Shown here one piece after another: positions 36,737 to 48,359 of a stretch of DNA of 64,000 bases. Both the position numbers and the translations under genes were made by a program. The first letter of the stretch is position 1, and each line of letters begins with the position of its first letter. Below the pieces are notes generated by a model that did no database searches, was not told where the DNA came from, and saw only the letters and a program-made list of their open reading frames with translations. The stretch comes from Minutocellus sp. GHC0000111 (taxonomy: Eukaryota), in the NCBI GenBank assembly GCA_977018835.1, contig OZ361258.1, forward strand, positions 434,001-498,000. The letters run 5' to 3'.

Positions 36737-38549
36737 CTATGCAGACGTTTTCTCAGTGCCGTGTTTCTTCGAGCCGTCCCTACAGCAAACCTTCACATCC
36801 CCATGTTCTCTAGCCATCTCGATCCACTTGTGAGCCTGTTTCAATCGTCGTCTCAACTGATCTTGGTGCTGCTTTAGAGTCACCCCATTTACATCTTTGA
36901 CTAATCTAGATGAAGTGTTGAGAACTTCTTCTCGTGGCAACAGGAAGACGAAGCCGCCGTCGATGAGTGCGTTGGTGATGGTAGAAGCAGCGCTCCCAGC
37001 GCTGGCGCCAGTTGCAGTCCAAAGCAAATAGTACCGCTGCCGCCATCCTAGGATCTGTCGATCTGCCTGTCTTCGATTTGGCCCTCTCGTGTACAATCAA
37101 CTCATAAAGTTGTCGATCAGTCATCTTTGCGATGGAGGACGAAGACACGTCCATGGTGAGATCAGAAGCACTGCTAGGACTTCCGGAAGCAGAAGAATCA
37201 AAGCGCGCCCTCTTGTGCGACTTGGAATAACGTGAAGAATCTTCCTTCCCTGGCGCTGATGTTTCGCTACGCTCTGTTGTCTTGGCCTTCTGATCAGTTT
37301 CCTTTTCTGTGGTGGCATGGCGTTTGTTTGCCTCGACCGCCGTCTTTTCTCGCTGCAGTTGGTCAAGAACCCATTGATTGGTATCCAGCTCAACGTCTCC
37401 ACCGATTTCCTTGGGCAAGCACCTTTTTGGCAGGCAGTAGGTGGCAAGAATGTTCAGGACCGCTTCTTCATCTCCATAGTGCACCTTCAATCTCAGCCGC
37501 AACGACTTTGGTCCAATCCGCTTGACGACTGGTGCAATCATGTGATAATAGAACGAAGAGGGATAGCAAATGTGAAGCCCTCGCTTCGTCACGGGTATGA
37601 GCGGGTCCATCATTCGAAAGTACTGTCCAAACTTTCGACTGGAATGCTTCCACTGCATGAGGCGGACGTCACCCACCATTACCACGCCATTGCGTCGGGC
37701 CATGGGATCGTCCATCAGTATGTCGAACAGATACCAAAGGACCATGACCTCCTGCCGTTCTGTATACACTGCTAAGTTGCGCCGAGCGGGGGTGAAGAAG
37801 AGGACGGTACGACCTGCGGTATCTTTCATAGGTAGTGGCTGCAACGTTTTCATGGACGTAAATTTTAGGACCTCATCCTGCAGCGTTCCAGACAATGCCA
37901 TGGGAAGATAGGCCCGCTCAGCACCGAACACCTCCAACCTTCCCTGCCAATATGAGACTATCTGCTTTGCCGCACGAGGTATACTGCCATTGTTGTACTC
38001 CACAAAGGCCAGCTTCCGCTCGATATTGGTGGCATCTGGGCAGGACGCTTCAATCGCGCAGTAATACGCCAACTTGTCCGTGGAGGGGATTCTCCTCAAT
38101 TCATCGTCGAGACGACGGATGATGTGCTGTCGAAATTCGACATTGGTAGTGATGCCATTGCCGTCCTGGGTTATGTGCGCCCCGGTAAGATCTGAAGTGA
38201 TTTGCATAATGTCCGGTATGGTGAGGGATTGCAGCTCGGCTGATTCATCCTGAGGGCTCATCCTTGGACAGGCCTCGAGGCAGTCATTCTCATCACCAGC
38301 CGCATGGGCATGATCATGATGAGTGTTGGTGCCATTTTGTTGAAAACTATTCTCGCCACGATGGTGGCAGTCAATTGCATTATCGTCGCCATCGCCGGTC
38401 ATGTCGGTATCGTCCGTGTATTCCGACAAGTGACGGGCCGCTGGCGGACCAAATTCGAGGTGACCACACTCCATAGTTATCCGTCGTTCTCTCTTTCCTG
38501 GGGCACAGCACTGTACCTCGCGGTTGACTTCATCAGTTGGTTGACTCAT
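36737..38549 (-). pseudogene. CRAL-TRIO domain protein with a diatom-type C-terminal domain (DPRM..AV...GGF.F...D..GV.L.Q...QL.RR); frameshift near 37015
   Basis: CRAL-TRIO features YWQGRLEVFG..RA..P, DTAGR.V, GVVMVGD and LPKEIGG. The C-terminal domain is split between two frames. Confidence 0.7.
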
Positions 38550-38769
38550 GTGCGAGAGAGCGAAACTGAAAAACGGGAGCAAAAAAAACCTTCCAGGGGG
38601 AAGGAAGCCGCGGGAGTGCAAGAGATCCTATAGGTAATTCGGCTATTTGATCATCAGTAGAATGAGCCGGGTGTCTTCATCCAGGCCAAAAACCGGCACA
38701 TAATGTGCTCTTCCGCCGGTATCTTTGTTGGCATTAATAGAGTCGAGTCCAATCGAAACCACCAAAATC

Positions 38770-39964
38770 ATGGAGGACGTTAAGCAAAGCGAAGGCGGAA
38801 AGCTTGGCGTAGAGGAAATTCGCGATATTACCGATGCCAAGAAGGGTGCGGATCAGAGAAGCACCGGCACCGAAAATCCGCCCCAGGCCGAAGAAGCTCC
38901 GGTTCCCGCACCCGCCAAAAGCACGGCCGAAGCACCTTGTAACTCATGTTGATCCGTCCGACTATGATGTGGACCAAGAAACGTTGGACTGGGTCAAGGA
39001 GCAGCGTGCTAAACTCGCCCGGATCCGGGCCGATCCGCTGTATCAAGCCGCCGAAATGGAACGCAAGGCCGACCTAACCAAATATCTAACACTGACTGCG
39101 GTCCGCGAGACAATCGACCGCACCAATGGCGTCCGCTCCATGGATATCCCTCCCGCCCTGACCGAAGAAGGCAAGCCCAAAATTGCCGAGGATGTGGACT
39201 GGATCGATACAGAATTGGCCAAACTTTGCATGTTCGAAACTGGAGAACTTGACATGATGAACGCCTATCAGTTGCCAGTTTGTTGGGGCGTGGTGGAGAA
39301 GACGTATGAAGTCTGCCACGGAAGTCCCATCGACTTCTGGAAGCGCTTGTGGTATTGGGAAAATCCAGAGGAGATGTTTGGCCTCATGCGTCCTAATGCT
39401 GGTTTCATCCCCTCAACGACCGACCCTGTCCTGCGTTCCAATCGCAAGTACTACGATCTATTTTAGGAGACGGTTGAAAATCCCGAAAACACCGGTCTTG
39501 CCAATGACCCTACACAGAGGGAGTACCGAGACATTCTTCGTTTGGTCATCGAGTCTTCCGACGACAAAAGGGACCACATCTCCAAGCGCCTCCTTTGCTA
39601 CGCCAAGGAACACTGCAAGTCGGGCCCAGGCGAAGAGCCGATCGCATTGGACGCAGTTCGGCAGGTTGAGAAGGATAAGAATAATGTGGGTGAGTACATC
39701 TACAGTCCGAAGGAGTCGAGCCGTCGCATTGTTCGGGAACTACAAAGCCTCGGCATCGACTTTGACGAGACCAATGACAAGGGCGAATCTGCCAATAGTG
39801 TCCTACTATCCATGGCGAAAGATGGTGTGATGGTGGAAGGGCACCATAGCCTGGCGGAAGGCACCGGCGAAATGATGGCTGCGATGTACGATCCAACCTA
39901 CAACTACTGCAACCACTACAAACACCACATCCATTGGACATCAACATCTCAATCTCACAAATAG
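38770..39964 (+). pseudogene. Hypothetical protein gene with a frameshift near 38925 and an in-frame TAG at 39464-39466
   Basis: ORF 38834-39466 continues in frame through TAG (YYDLF*ETVENP...RLVIESSDD) into ORF 39542-39964. The ATG at 38770 is in another frame. Confidence 0.55.
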
Positions 39965-40224
39965 GCTGGCGATTGCTGCACTGCTAGCCTGGATGCATCA
40001 ACGGGTTCTCATCCCTTTGTTTGGGTATATGTGCATCGCCGATCATCGACATCGATTTTACTTTTCCGGTACCCTCCTATCGCTCAAAAGGCAAAATAAG
40101 TGATCTAAATTGGGGCTTTATTCTAAAACAAAATTAGAGGTTATGTATCACTCTACAAATCTAGAATTTCTTCTAGAGCACAGTGCTTGCATTCTCAAAC
40201 CTGCACCGTCACATCGTCGTCGCA

Positions 40225-41937
40225 TCACCCCCCAATCAAGGTCTTCGGCCGATTATTGTTGGCCTTTCGGATGCCCTCGGCATTGCCATGTCCACCGAGA
40301 GCAAAGGTCTTGCGACTGACGGCGGCACCCACTAGCAGTTCCATATCCTCTCTCGTGGTGGCTGGATCACGCATGGCATCACGCAGACTGACCTCCTTGG
40401 AACCAAACAGACACACCTTGAGCTGCCCGTCGGCCGTGATGCGCAGACGGTTGCACGTTCCGCAGAAGTTGTTGGACATGGACGTGATGAATCCTACCCG
40501 ACCTAAATGGCCGGGCACTGACCACCACTTTGTGGTATCGTTGGGTCCATCCGACAGCCTTTGCAGATCCAGGGGTGCTGTGGTGTCATCGGCACCTCCA
40601 TTGCCATTTACACCATCTTCCCCACGTATCCTCTTGAGCATGTCGGCATAGCCCAGGAATCGACCCTTGCTCCAACCATTGTCATTGAAGGGCATCCATT
40701 CAATGAACCGCACGTCGACCTTCCGGTCCTTGGTCAGCATAACAAAGCCGCGCAACTCGTCGTCGTTGAATCCCTTCATCACCACGCAATTGATCTTAAT
40801 GCGACCGGGTACGTCGGTACCGTACCGGTCAGCAAAGGATTCGACGGCATTGTCAATGGCCTGTAGCACCTTGTGGAGGCCCTTTCTTCGGGTAATGTCG
40901 ACAAAACGATCCTCGATCAACGTATCCAAACTAATGTTGGCATGGGTCAATCCAGCATCGAGCAATGTTGGCAATTGACGCTGGAGAGTCAACCCATTGG
41001 TCGTAATGCCCACACTCTCCACGGTAGGATGATTCTGGGATATGTTTTGTATGAGATGCGCCAGCGTCGGTCGCAGGAGGGGTTCACCGCCCGTCAGACG
41101 GATCTTGTTGACGCCACCGCCGACGAACAGGTCAACGAGATGCAATATTTCCTCGTCGGATAGGGTGGCCTCGGTCGGGTTGAGCGGTACGCCCTCGGGG
41201 GGCATGCAGTACCGACAGCGGAGGTTGCACCGCTCCGAAAGGGAAATGCGGAGATACGTATGCTGTCGATTGTAGGTATCGGTGAGCATTTGCTGATGCG
41301 ATAACTCGTCGTTGTCTGTATGTTGGGGAAGCAAATGTTGATTGGCCCGGGCCGCTTCCAGAAGTTGCTTCCATGTTGGTTCCTTCTCTTCGTTCTCTGG
41401 AATACTGGCATCGTTATTTGTGCCATTGGACGCGATATCATTCGTAAGAGAGTTAGGTTGTTGGCCCGATGCGTCTTCCGCAGCCAGCTGATCGCGCAGC
41501 TTCTGCAACCTCGGCGATATGGCAGGGGCCGCTCCATTTGCGACGGAATATCTCGTATGCGTCGGCGAAGATGGAGAAGAAATGTTCTTGTGCGGGGAAG
41601 ACAAAGAAGAATTAATCAGCACTCTCGGTTGGCCAGGCGGCTTATGCAACGAGGTCTTTATTTGTTCAGCGTCAATTCTAATCGAGTCCAAGCCACCTTC
41701 GGACTCATCTTCATCGTGAACAAAGGCAGGTGCCGGCTGGGTGGAAAAGTTCCGGCCCTTCGGCGGTAGTAGGCGAGAAGACGATTGCTCGTGCGACGGA
41801 CCGGCACACGACGAGTCATTTTCAGTGGAGAGCGAGGATGGGGACGAGGACGAAAGGTATCCTAGAGGTCTTCTCATGCCGGCGCCGGCAATGGAGGCCG
41901 GTGCTCGTAGGATGGCGATGGACCTGGCTCCCAGCAT
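40225..41937 (-). CDS. CNX2: GTP 3',8-cyclase (MoaA/MOCS1A/CNX2), radical SAM enzyme of molybdenum cofactor synthesis, with an N-terminal presequence
   Basis: Motifs YLRISLSERCNLRCRYCMP, RLTGGEP, ITTNG, NISLD, RFIEWMP, FCGTCNRLRITADG.LKVCL and C-terminal IGG. Confidence 0.95.
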   Translation of the reverse strand: MLGARSIAILRAPASIAGAGMRRPLGYLSSSSPSSLSTENDSSCAGPSHEQSSSRLLPPKGRNFSTQPAPAFVHDEDESEGGLDSIRIDAEQIKTSLHKPPGQPRVLINSSLSSPHKNISSPSSPTHTRYSVANGAAPAISPRLQKLRDQLAAEDASGQQPNSLTNDIASNGTNNDASIPENEEKEPTWKQLLEAARANQHLLPQHTDNDELSHQQMLTDTYNRQHTYLRISLSERCNLRCRYCMPPEGVPLNPTEATLSDEEILHLVDLFVGGGVNKIRLTGGEPLLRPTLAHLIQNISQNHPTVESVGITTNGLTLQRQLPTLLDAGLTHANISLDTLIEDRFVDITRRKGLHKVLQAIDNAVESFADRYGTDVPGRIKINCVVMKGFNDDELRGFVMLTKDRKVDVRFIEWMPFNDNGWSKGRFLGYADMLKRIRGEDGVNGNGGADDTTAPLDLQRLSDGPNDTTKWWSVPGHLGRVGFITSMSNNFCGTCNRLRITADGQLKVCLFGSKEVSLRDAMRDPATTREDMELLVGAAVSRKTFALGGHGNAEGIRKANNNRPKTLIGG

Positions 41938-42438
41938 GGTTGCAGCTATGATGGTTGCTCTCTGTTGTTCGTTGAAATGAAAGTTTCAAGCAGGTCGCGG
42001 TCTTTCCGTCGCCTGCTGTCAAGCCGACGATCGTGGCGGCAAACTGCCGGCATTTTCAACGCAACTTCTTTTTCCACATCATTGCTTTCGCCCCCAGGTA
42101 TACGTATGGATGAGGAAGTCTGCAGCTGAAGACAATTGAACTTACGCCGCTTGCACAATATAATTCCCTCACTTTCTTTCACTTTGGCTGGTGCTGTGCG
42201 AAGTTGAGCCACAAGCCGAGCCAAGCCGAGAGCAACTTCCAGTTGATGCATGCACAGCAAGCCACAAAAGTAGGAAGACATTCCATCCGCCCGCCTAGCG
42301 CAATCTGCCAACCACCAACCAACAATCGAACCCTAGCACAAGCCGGCGTCGGTCTACATTTCTTGCACAGAAGTACTGGGCTGAAATCTGCACAGCCAAA
42401 CAAAGATCGATATCACTTGTAAAAATTTATAAGTTACC

Positions 42439-44214
42439 ATGGGATGCGCTTCCTCCAAGACGGGGATCACCTCGACCCTCGGCAACAATGGCGACGACAA
42501 GGCCTACCACGATCGCTATTTAGAGGACCGCGTCCTTGGCCAGGGCGAGTTTGGTCAGGTCAAGCTTGTGCACGACATGCAATGTCGCAACAATCCCGAC
42601 GCCGAGCCCTTGGCGTGCAAGGTTCTCAAAAAGGGATTCACCTTCAAAGACAACACGATATATGCCCCGCTCAAACCCGAAGTGCTGCAGAGAGAATGCA
42701 AGATATTGCAAACCTTGGCCGGCAAACGATACAATCTCAAGTTGGAGGCACTCTACGAGAGTGGAAGCACAGTCTATGTTATCACCGAGTACTGCGCCGG
42801 CGGAGAAATGATGGAATATGTGACCAATGCCTATCCCGGTGGCATCCGTACCGAAGATGCCAGTCGGATCGCGTACCAATTGCTAAGTGCCGTCGACCAC
42901 TGTGCCAAGCACAATGTCATCCATCGCGACATCAAGCCAGAAAACATCATGTTCAAGACCACCGAGCGAGGGGCCGAGTTGAGATTGATTGACTATGGTT
43001 CCGGTACCATGGACGATGATCAAAGTTTGACCAACGCTCCCGACAAGACCACCGCAACCACCCGAACAGCCGATGGAGCCGACCTCCTTACGCATACCAC
43101 ATTCGCCGGATCGGCATTCTACATATCTCCGGAAGTGTTCCAGCGCACCTACACCCAACGCGCCGATATTTGGAGTGCCGGCGTCACGCTCTACGTGCTG
43201 GTGGCCGGCTATCCTGCCGATGTGCTCCAAAAGGCGTTCAATCAGCTCCAAAAAAGCAAGAACCGTGATTTGCACCAGCTTCCAAATATGCCCGAGGTTA
43301 TGCCCGACAGTTACTTTGAAATGTTGGATCAGATGCTGACGTACCGACACAAGCAAAGGAAGAGTGCTGCAGATATTCTCAACTGCGAGTTTGTTCGATT
43401 TCACAAGGAGATGGAGGAGGGTGGTGGCGACGATGATGAGGCCGATGAAGGGGACGAGGTTGGTCTGAGTTTGGCAGATGTGGCTGCAGCTGCCGCCGCC
43501 GGTGGTGGCAAGGGTTCGACACGGAATGGCTCTACCAGAACCAAGTCCGTACTCATTGAAGGTTCTGTCAGTCGTCACGTTGCCTATCTGGAATATGGAA
43601 ACTTTGAGAGAGCTCTCACCACGCTCCTGGCCACCGTCCTCGACCTCGACGACTTGAAATCTGTCATTGCCGCGATGGACCAGCAACTTGCAAAGGAGCC
43701 CAATGCATCCTCCCACGGCAGCACGAACGGCGTGGACGAGTCGGGCCATTCGTTGGCCACCAGTAATGGAACCAATGGAGCAGTCGGCAGCTCCACGCAC
43801 GACATTCAGCATCTTCCCATCTCCAACCGCGCCAAGCTGCAGGTGATGAAGGTGGAAGATGTGCACAAGTTGCTGACCGAGAAGAGCTTCAAGGACGTGG
43901 CGGACATGGTAGAAGATCTACCAAATTACTCCAGCTACAAGTCGTTTGCTTACCATGTGGCACTCCTGAGACTGTTCGCGAGAGGCAAGAAATCATCTTC
44001 ATCGGTTAGACGATCGTCTGCTCGAAGGGCACAGTCGGTCTTCATTCGAGGCGACGATTCCGTCGACGGATCTGTTCATTCCACTCTGAGCAACTCCTTT
44101 GGCGCACCAAATAGTGTCCACGGTGGCAATGTCTGGCAAAGTATCAAGAGGAACCAGAAACCTCTGAACCGGTCGATGAGCGGCGACGCCCTCAACCGCT
44201 CTGCTCACAACTAA
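42439..44214 (+). CDS. CAMK/CDPK-like Ser/Thr protein kinase with an MGC N-myristoylation-type start
   Basis: Motifs LGQGEFG, ACKVL, HRDIKPEN, DYG (for DFG), YISPE and DIWSAGV. Confidence 0.92.
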   Translation: MGCASSKTGITSTLGNNGDDKAYHDRYLEDRVLGQGEFGQVKLVHDMQCRNNPDAEPLACKVLKKGFTFKDNTIYAPLKPEVLQRECKILQTLAGKRYNLKLEALYESGSTVYVITEYCAGGEMMEYVTNAYPGGIRTEDASRIAYQLLSAVDHCAKHNVIHRDIKPENIMFKTTERGAELRLIDYGSGTMDDDQSLTNAPDKTTATTRTADGADLLTHTTFAGSAFYISPEVFQRTYTQRADIWSAGVTLYVLVAGYPADVLQKAFNQLQKSKNRDLHQLPNMPEVMPDSYFEMLDQMLTYRHKQRKSAADILNCEFVRFHKEMEEGGGDDDEADEGDEVGLSLADVAAAAAAGGGKGSTRNGSTRTKSVLIEGSVSRHVAYLEYGNFERALTTLLATVLDLDDLKSVIAAMDQQLAKEPNASSHGSTNGVDESGHSLATSNGTNGAVGSSTHDIQHLPISNRAKLQVMKVEDVHKLLTEKSFKDVADMVEDLPNYSSYKSFAYHVALLRLFARGKKSSSSVRRSSARRAQSVFIRGDDSVDGSVHSTLSNSFGAPNSVHGGNVWQSIKRNQKPLNRSMSGDALNRSAHN

Positions 44215-44613
44215 CTAATGAATATCCGAGATGGAAGTCTGCCATTCTCACTGAGACGTCAAATCGACAATTTTCTAATTGAACCAACCTTGTACAAAAA
44301 TAAATCAACATAAATGTCCATGTAAAATCATTCAAACCAGTTCAAATATATACGTGTATTTTCTTTTATTATTGTTTACACTGGGGTAGTTGGGGTATTG
44401 TTTTGTCTTCGCCTCTTAAGAAGGACGATATGACGATGGGCTAAAGATCCAGGATCGTCCTCATACTTCCTACCTTTTTCTTGTTGCCGTCCATTCATGA
44501 CACGGAAGTTTAACTATGAAAGTAAATACTGGCATTGGCCACAATGGTTCACTCTCTAGCTACTCCATCGATTCGATTCACCGCTCTTCATTCATTTATG
44601 TATTCCTCGTCCC

Positions 44614-45264
44614 TTATTCTAACATGAGCCTGTAAATTGCCATCCTTACAAATTCGCGACATGTCTGCTGTTCTGATCTGGCCTCGGGATCAGCCACAGC
44701 CACAGCCAATGCACTACCTGCATCACCTGCGGCCTCCCCAAACAATTGCTCTCCCAAAACATCCGTTATATCACCTTCCCCATCTCCATTGCCCACAATC
44801 AGACCCTTGCGACTCCTTCGGACGGCCTCCTCCACGGCCTTATCGTCCCAATGCCTCAGCACGGCTAGATCACCATAGCATTCCATACAGCTCAGGGTGT
44901 CGGCCAACGTTTCGCCCTTCTTGGCGGAGGTCATGCCGCCCTTCTTGCCGCCCTTGGAACTGGCATCGACGTACAAAGTCGACCCGCCCAGGGCCGTGAA
45001 GGCACGGAGATGGGTCGCATCGCTTTCGGGAGCGGCCGTGTAGCTGATGACACTTAGTATTCTGTGGTGGAGACATTTGGCCAGAGCGGCCTTGGCTTCG
45101 GCGTCGTCAGAAGTAAGTGTTGCGCGAATATCTTTGGCGGTTTGCAGAACCAAGGCCGTGGCCTCGGGAGTGAGTTGATCGGTGGACATGAGGGCAAGCG
45201 ATGAGGAGTTTTTGGTGGTGCCAGAGGCGGAGGTTCGGTTCCAGCTCGCCGGAGCAGCCGTCAC
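44614..45264 (-). pseudogene. 5'-truncated, catalytically degenerate aspartate carbamoyltransferase-like (carbamoyl-P-binding) domain
   Basis: LGG...TSAKKGETLADT..C...Y.DLAVLRH...GNGDG and C-terminal VRMAI match ATCase. STRT, HPTQ and the Asp-binding domain are absent, and there is no ATG or promoter space upstream. Confidence 0.55.
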
Positions 45265-46045
45265 TTGCTGCAGAGCGGATCACGTCGCGACATCGCATGT
45301 CTCGCCGGATACGGCCGAATCCATCATATCATCCATCCAGGCCGGAAACGTAGATCAGCTCTATCACGCTGCAAAATCGATGAATGCATCTCCATCATCC
45401 GAAGACACAAAACTTGCGTCCATACAGATTTTTCATGCCCTTGCCGATGGGTCCTCGCATCACATTTTGTCCATGGTTCAGCTGGGACACACTTATTCGG
45501 AAGCCGACAAATCGCAAGCGTTGAAGTACTTTGTACAGGCCGGTGAAGATGGACCCCACCAGGCTTCTCTGTACAATGCTGGTCGACTGTTCTTGGAGAC
45601 AGAGCCGGTGGAATATGATCGAGCACTTGGTTACATTCGAGCTGCCGCCACCTTGGCGGGCGATAAGACTACGGCCATGTATGCCAAACCACAAACGGCC
45701 ACGACGGCATATCATGATCTGAGCAAAGCGTTAATTGCTTCCGTCCAAGCTGGTGGTTTGACCTTTGAACAGATGATGAATATTTTTTCGTATGCCAGCA
45801 TTGAGAACAACCCCAAGCCGGGTAGCAAGGGCGACAAACTATGGAACGGCGCCATGGAGAAGATTGTCAAGTTTATCAACCAGGATAAGGACGAGGTAGA
45901 TATCAGCGTGCTGGAAAGAGTACGGAATGATTTGACGAAGCTGCAGGAGGTTGGAAAGAAGGAACTGTCGGCTTTGCAAATGGAATTGATTGCCGCCATT
46001 ATGAACGAAGCGCTTAGGATAATACAGGGTGGCGATGAGCTATAG
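45262..46045 (+). CDS. Sel1-like repeat protein ending in GDEL (ER-retention-like), apparently 5'-truncated
   Basis: Motifs SMVQLGHTY, ALKYFVQAGE, SLYNAGRLF and ALGYIRAAA; ends GDEL*. Its 5' end abuts the divergent ATCase-like ORF. Confidence 0.6.
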
Positions 46046-46274
46046 ATAAATCTTTTTATATGAATATATTTTTCTGCAAATATAATACTGCTCTACTGTA
46101 ATGAGTGAATGTGGGTTTGTTTGATTTGGTGAATACGATTTGACAGTAATACGAAGAAGATGATTGTTTTGTTGATTCTTGATAAGCAAATGATACTTCA
46201 AGCGGTTGCGTACATGAAGAGAGAAAGCAATTGGAGAGGACAAGACATTTGCGGAAACGACGGTGGGCACTTCT

Positions 46275-47314
46275 CTAAAAGCGGATGTGGAGCTCCAGAG
46301 TCACTCCTGGAGAAGAAATGATCCCGATGACCAGACCATCCGTCACAGGATAGCCATTGTAGAAGAAGACGAGGCTATCGAATAGCTCGAGGGAAAGCGC
46401 ATGTCCCCTGGCCTTGATGTAGTCCCTCTTCACGAATCCGATCGTGCTGTCGGAGGGGAGAGTGAGCGTCTGCCTGCTCCTGGTCTCCTTGCATTGGACC
46501 ACGACTTTTACGTCGTACGGCATTGCGACGGGCTCCTCCTCCTCCTCCTCCTCCTCGTCCTCCTGCACCACCTTCTTCTTCTTGTCCTCGGGCTTGGTAT
46601 TCTCATCTCCGCCGCCATCGCCGGCATCGCCTCTCTTGCTTTTGTCAGCATCGACGGCATTGGCATTGGACGATTTCTCGGCGAGCTTGGAAGCGGAAAT
46701 TGAGGCACCCGAGGTATGGTCGGCCGCCGCAGCACCCACATCCATCTGGTCGCCCGCAGTCTTCTCCGTGTTCTTGCCACCACCGGTGCCCGGCCCCTCG
46801 CCGGCCTCCTCGAGCTCCTTCCTCAGCTGCTACGTCTGCGCCGCTCCGCCCGCATCTTCCTGGCCTCGTCCTCATCCTTCCCCTTCTCCCACACGGCGGC
46901 CTGGGCCTGGGTGAGCTCGTTGAGGTTGTCCCAAGACTAATGGGTGAATGCGATATGAGGGATGTGGGTGAAGTGAGGAGGTTGGTATTATTGTGAGTTG
47001 GTTGGTAGGGCCATGGCCATATACAGCAAATCCGTCCCGAAACAAACTGTTGCACTCACCACCCACTCCGTCTTCCCCACCGCCGTGCCATCGGCGTCCT
47101 TCCACTGAACGCAGCCCTCAATCTCACCGGTGGCGGTCTTGCGGCTCTCCAGAAGGTCGATCTCGTACTCCTCGTCCGCCCTCCACACGCCGTTGCCATT
47201 GCGGTTGCCGTTGGTATTGGTATTGGCGGTGACGATGGTCTTGCTCTTCTTCTGCTGATTGCCGCCGCCCTGATCATTCTTCTTCTGCTGCTGGTGCTAC
47301 TTTGTCTTGGCCAT
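46275..47314 (-). pseudogene. Chromo-like + ubiquitin/SUMO-like domain gene; TAG at codon 6 (47297-47299), intron about 46937-47060, frameshift near 46830
   Basis: MAKTK*HQQQ...EYEIDLLESRK...EGCVQWKD...TEWV|SWDNL resembles a chromodomain. The C-terminus VKVVVQ...LVFFYNG..V resembles a Ubl fold. Confidence 0.55.
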
Positions 47315-48212
47315 GGTGATGCTGTGACTTTGGCTGAGGAGGGGTAGTAGTAATGGATTGCAATACGAGTCGAGTTGGTTCGAGTCGTTGTGGTTGGTTG
47401 TGGCTGGTCTGAACGCGCGATTTCGGTTGCCTTTTTTTTGCGTTGCATTTTCGCAAGAAGCGCCTTAGGCGCCTCACCCTCACCACGTACGGCAGCACTT
47501 GGCTGGTAGAGCAAGTCAGTATCGCCCCGCCATCAGCATGTATCGCCAATCAATGCACGACCACTGCACAAATACACACACCAAAAGTAGCACTTGACTT
47601 TTGCCCAACTACGTGCGATCGTTCACTCATCTTGGCACAGCGGCACGCCTTGCATGGAATGCAGTCGCTGGTTCACCAAATAACTCAGACGGCGATATGA
47701 CATTAACGTGCTGGCAGTGGGCCGAACCACGCCAAGCAAGTACATCATACCTAACCCTAACCCTACATCATACCGCCACTGCTTGAAGAGAGTGAAAGTC
47801 AGAATTCTCGCTCCCCAGCAACACAGCTGCTGCTGGTCGGCGATGTTTGCGATTGAACGCCGACACCACTAACGTTTTATACCAATGACCCCTTTTCTTC
47901 GCGCTTCTTCTCGGAGAGCGCTGACATACGTGTTGCAAAAGGCTTGTTGAAAAGCAAGATATTATCCAACAATTCTTGACTTACAACGGCGTGTGGAGGG
48001 CGGACGAGGAGTACGAGATCGACCTTCTGGAGAGCCGCAAGACCGCCACCGGTGAGATTGAGGGCTGCGTTCAGTGGAAGGACGCCGATGGCACGGCGGT
48101 GGGGAAGACGGAGTGGGTGGTGAGTGCAACAGTTTGTTTCGGGACGGATTTGCTGTATATGGCCATGGCCCTACCAACCAACTCACAATAATACCAACCT
48201 CCTCACTTCACC
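46967..48212. repeat. 229-bp inverted repeat pair (46967-47195 and 47984-48212) with a 788-bp spacer
   Basis: Identical ORF translations on opposite strands; the ends were mapped by direct comparison. Confidence 0.95.
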
Positions 48213-48359
48213 AAAACTATTTTCAGAAGACGCCTCACTCTCGCACCGCGTGCTTTACCGGACTACGAGCCTCCTACCTAGGTATTCCTCAACCGACCGA
48301 CCCTTGGTGGCGTATCCTATCGCATATCATCGGAGATTGTTGAAGAACACACATTCAAA

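Noticed and set aside
6811..47299. Stop-codon reassignment explaining the in-frame TAG/TGA codons
   Set aside because: Intact genes here end in TAG, TGA and TAA, and the affected genes also have frameshifts or lost conserved residues.
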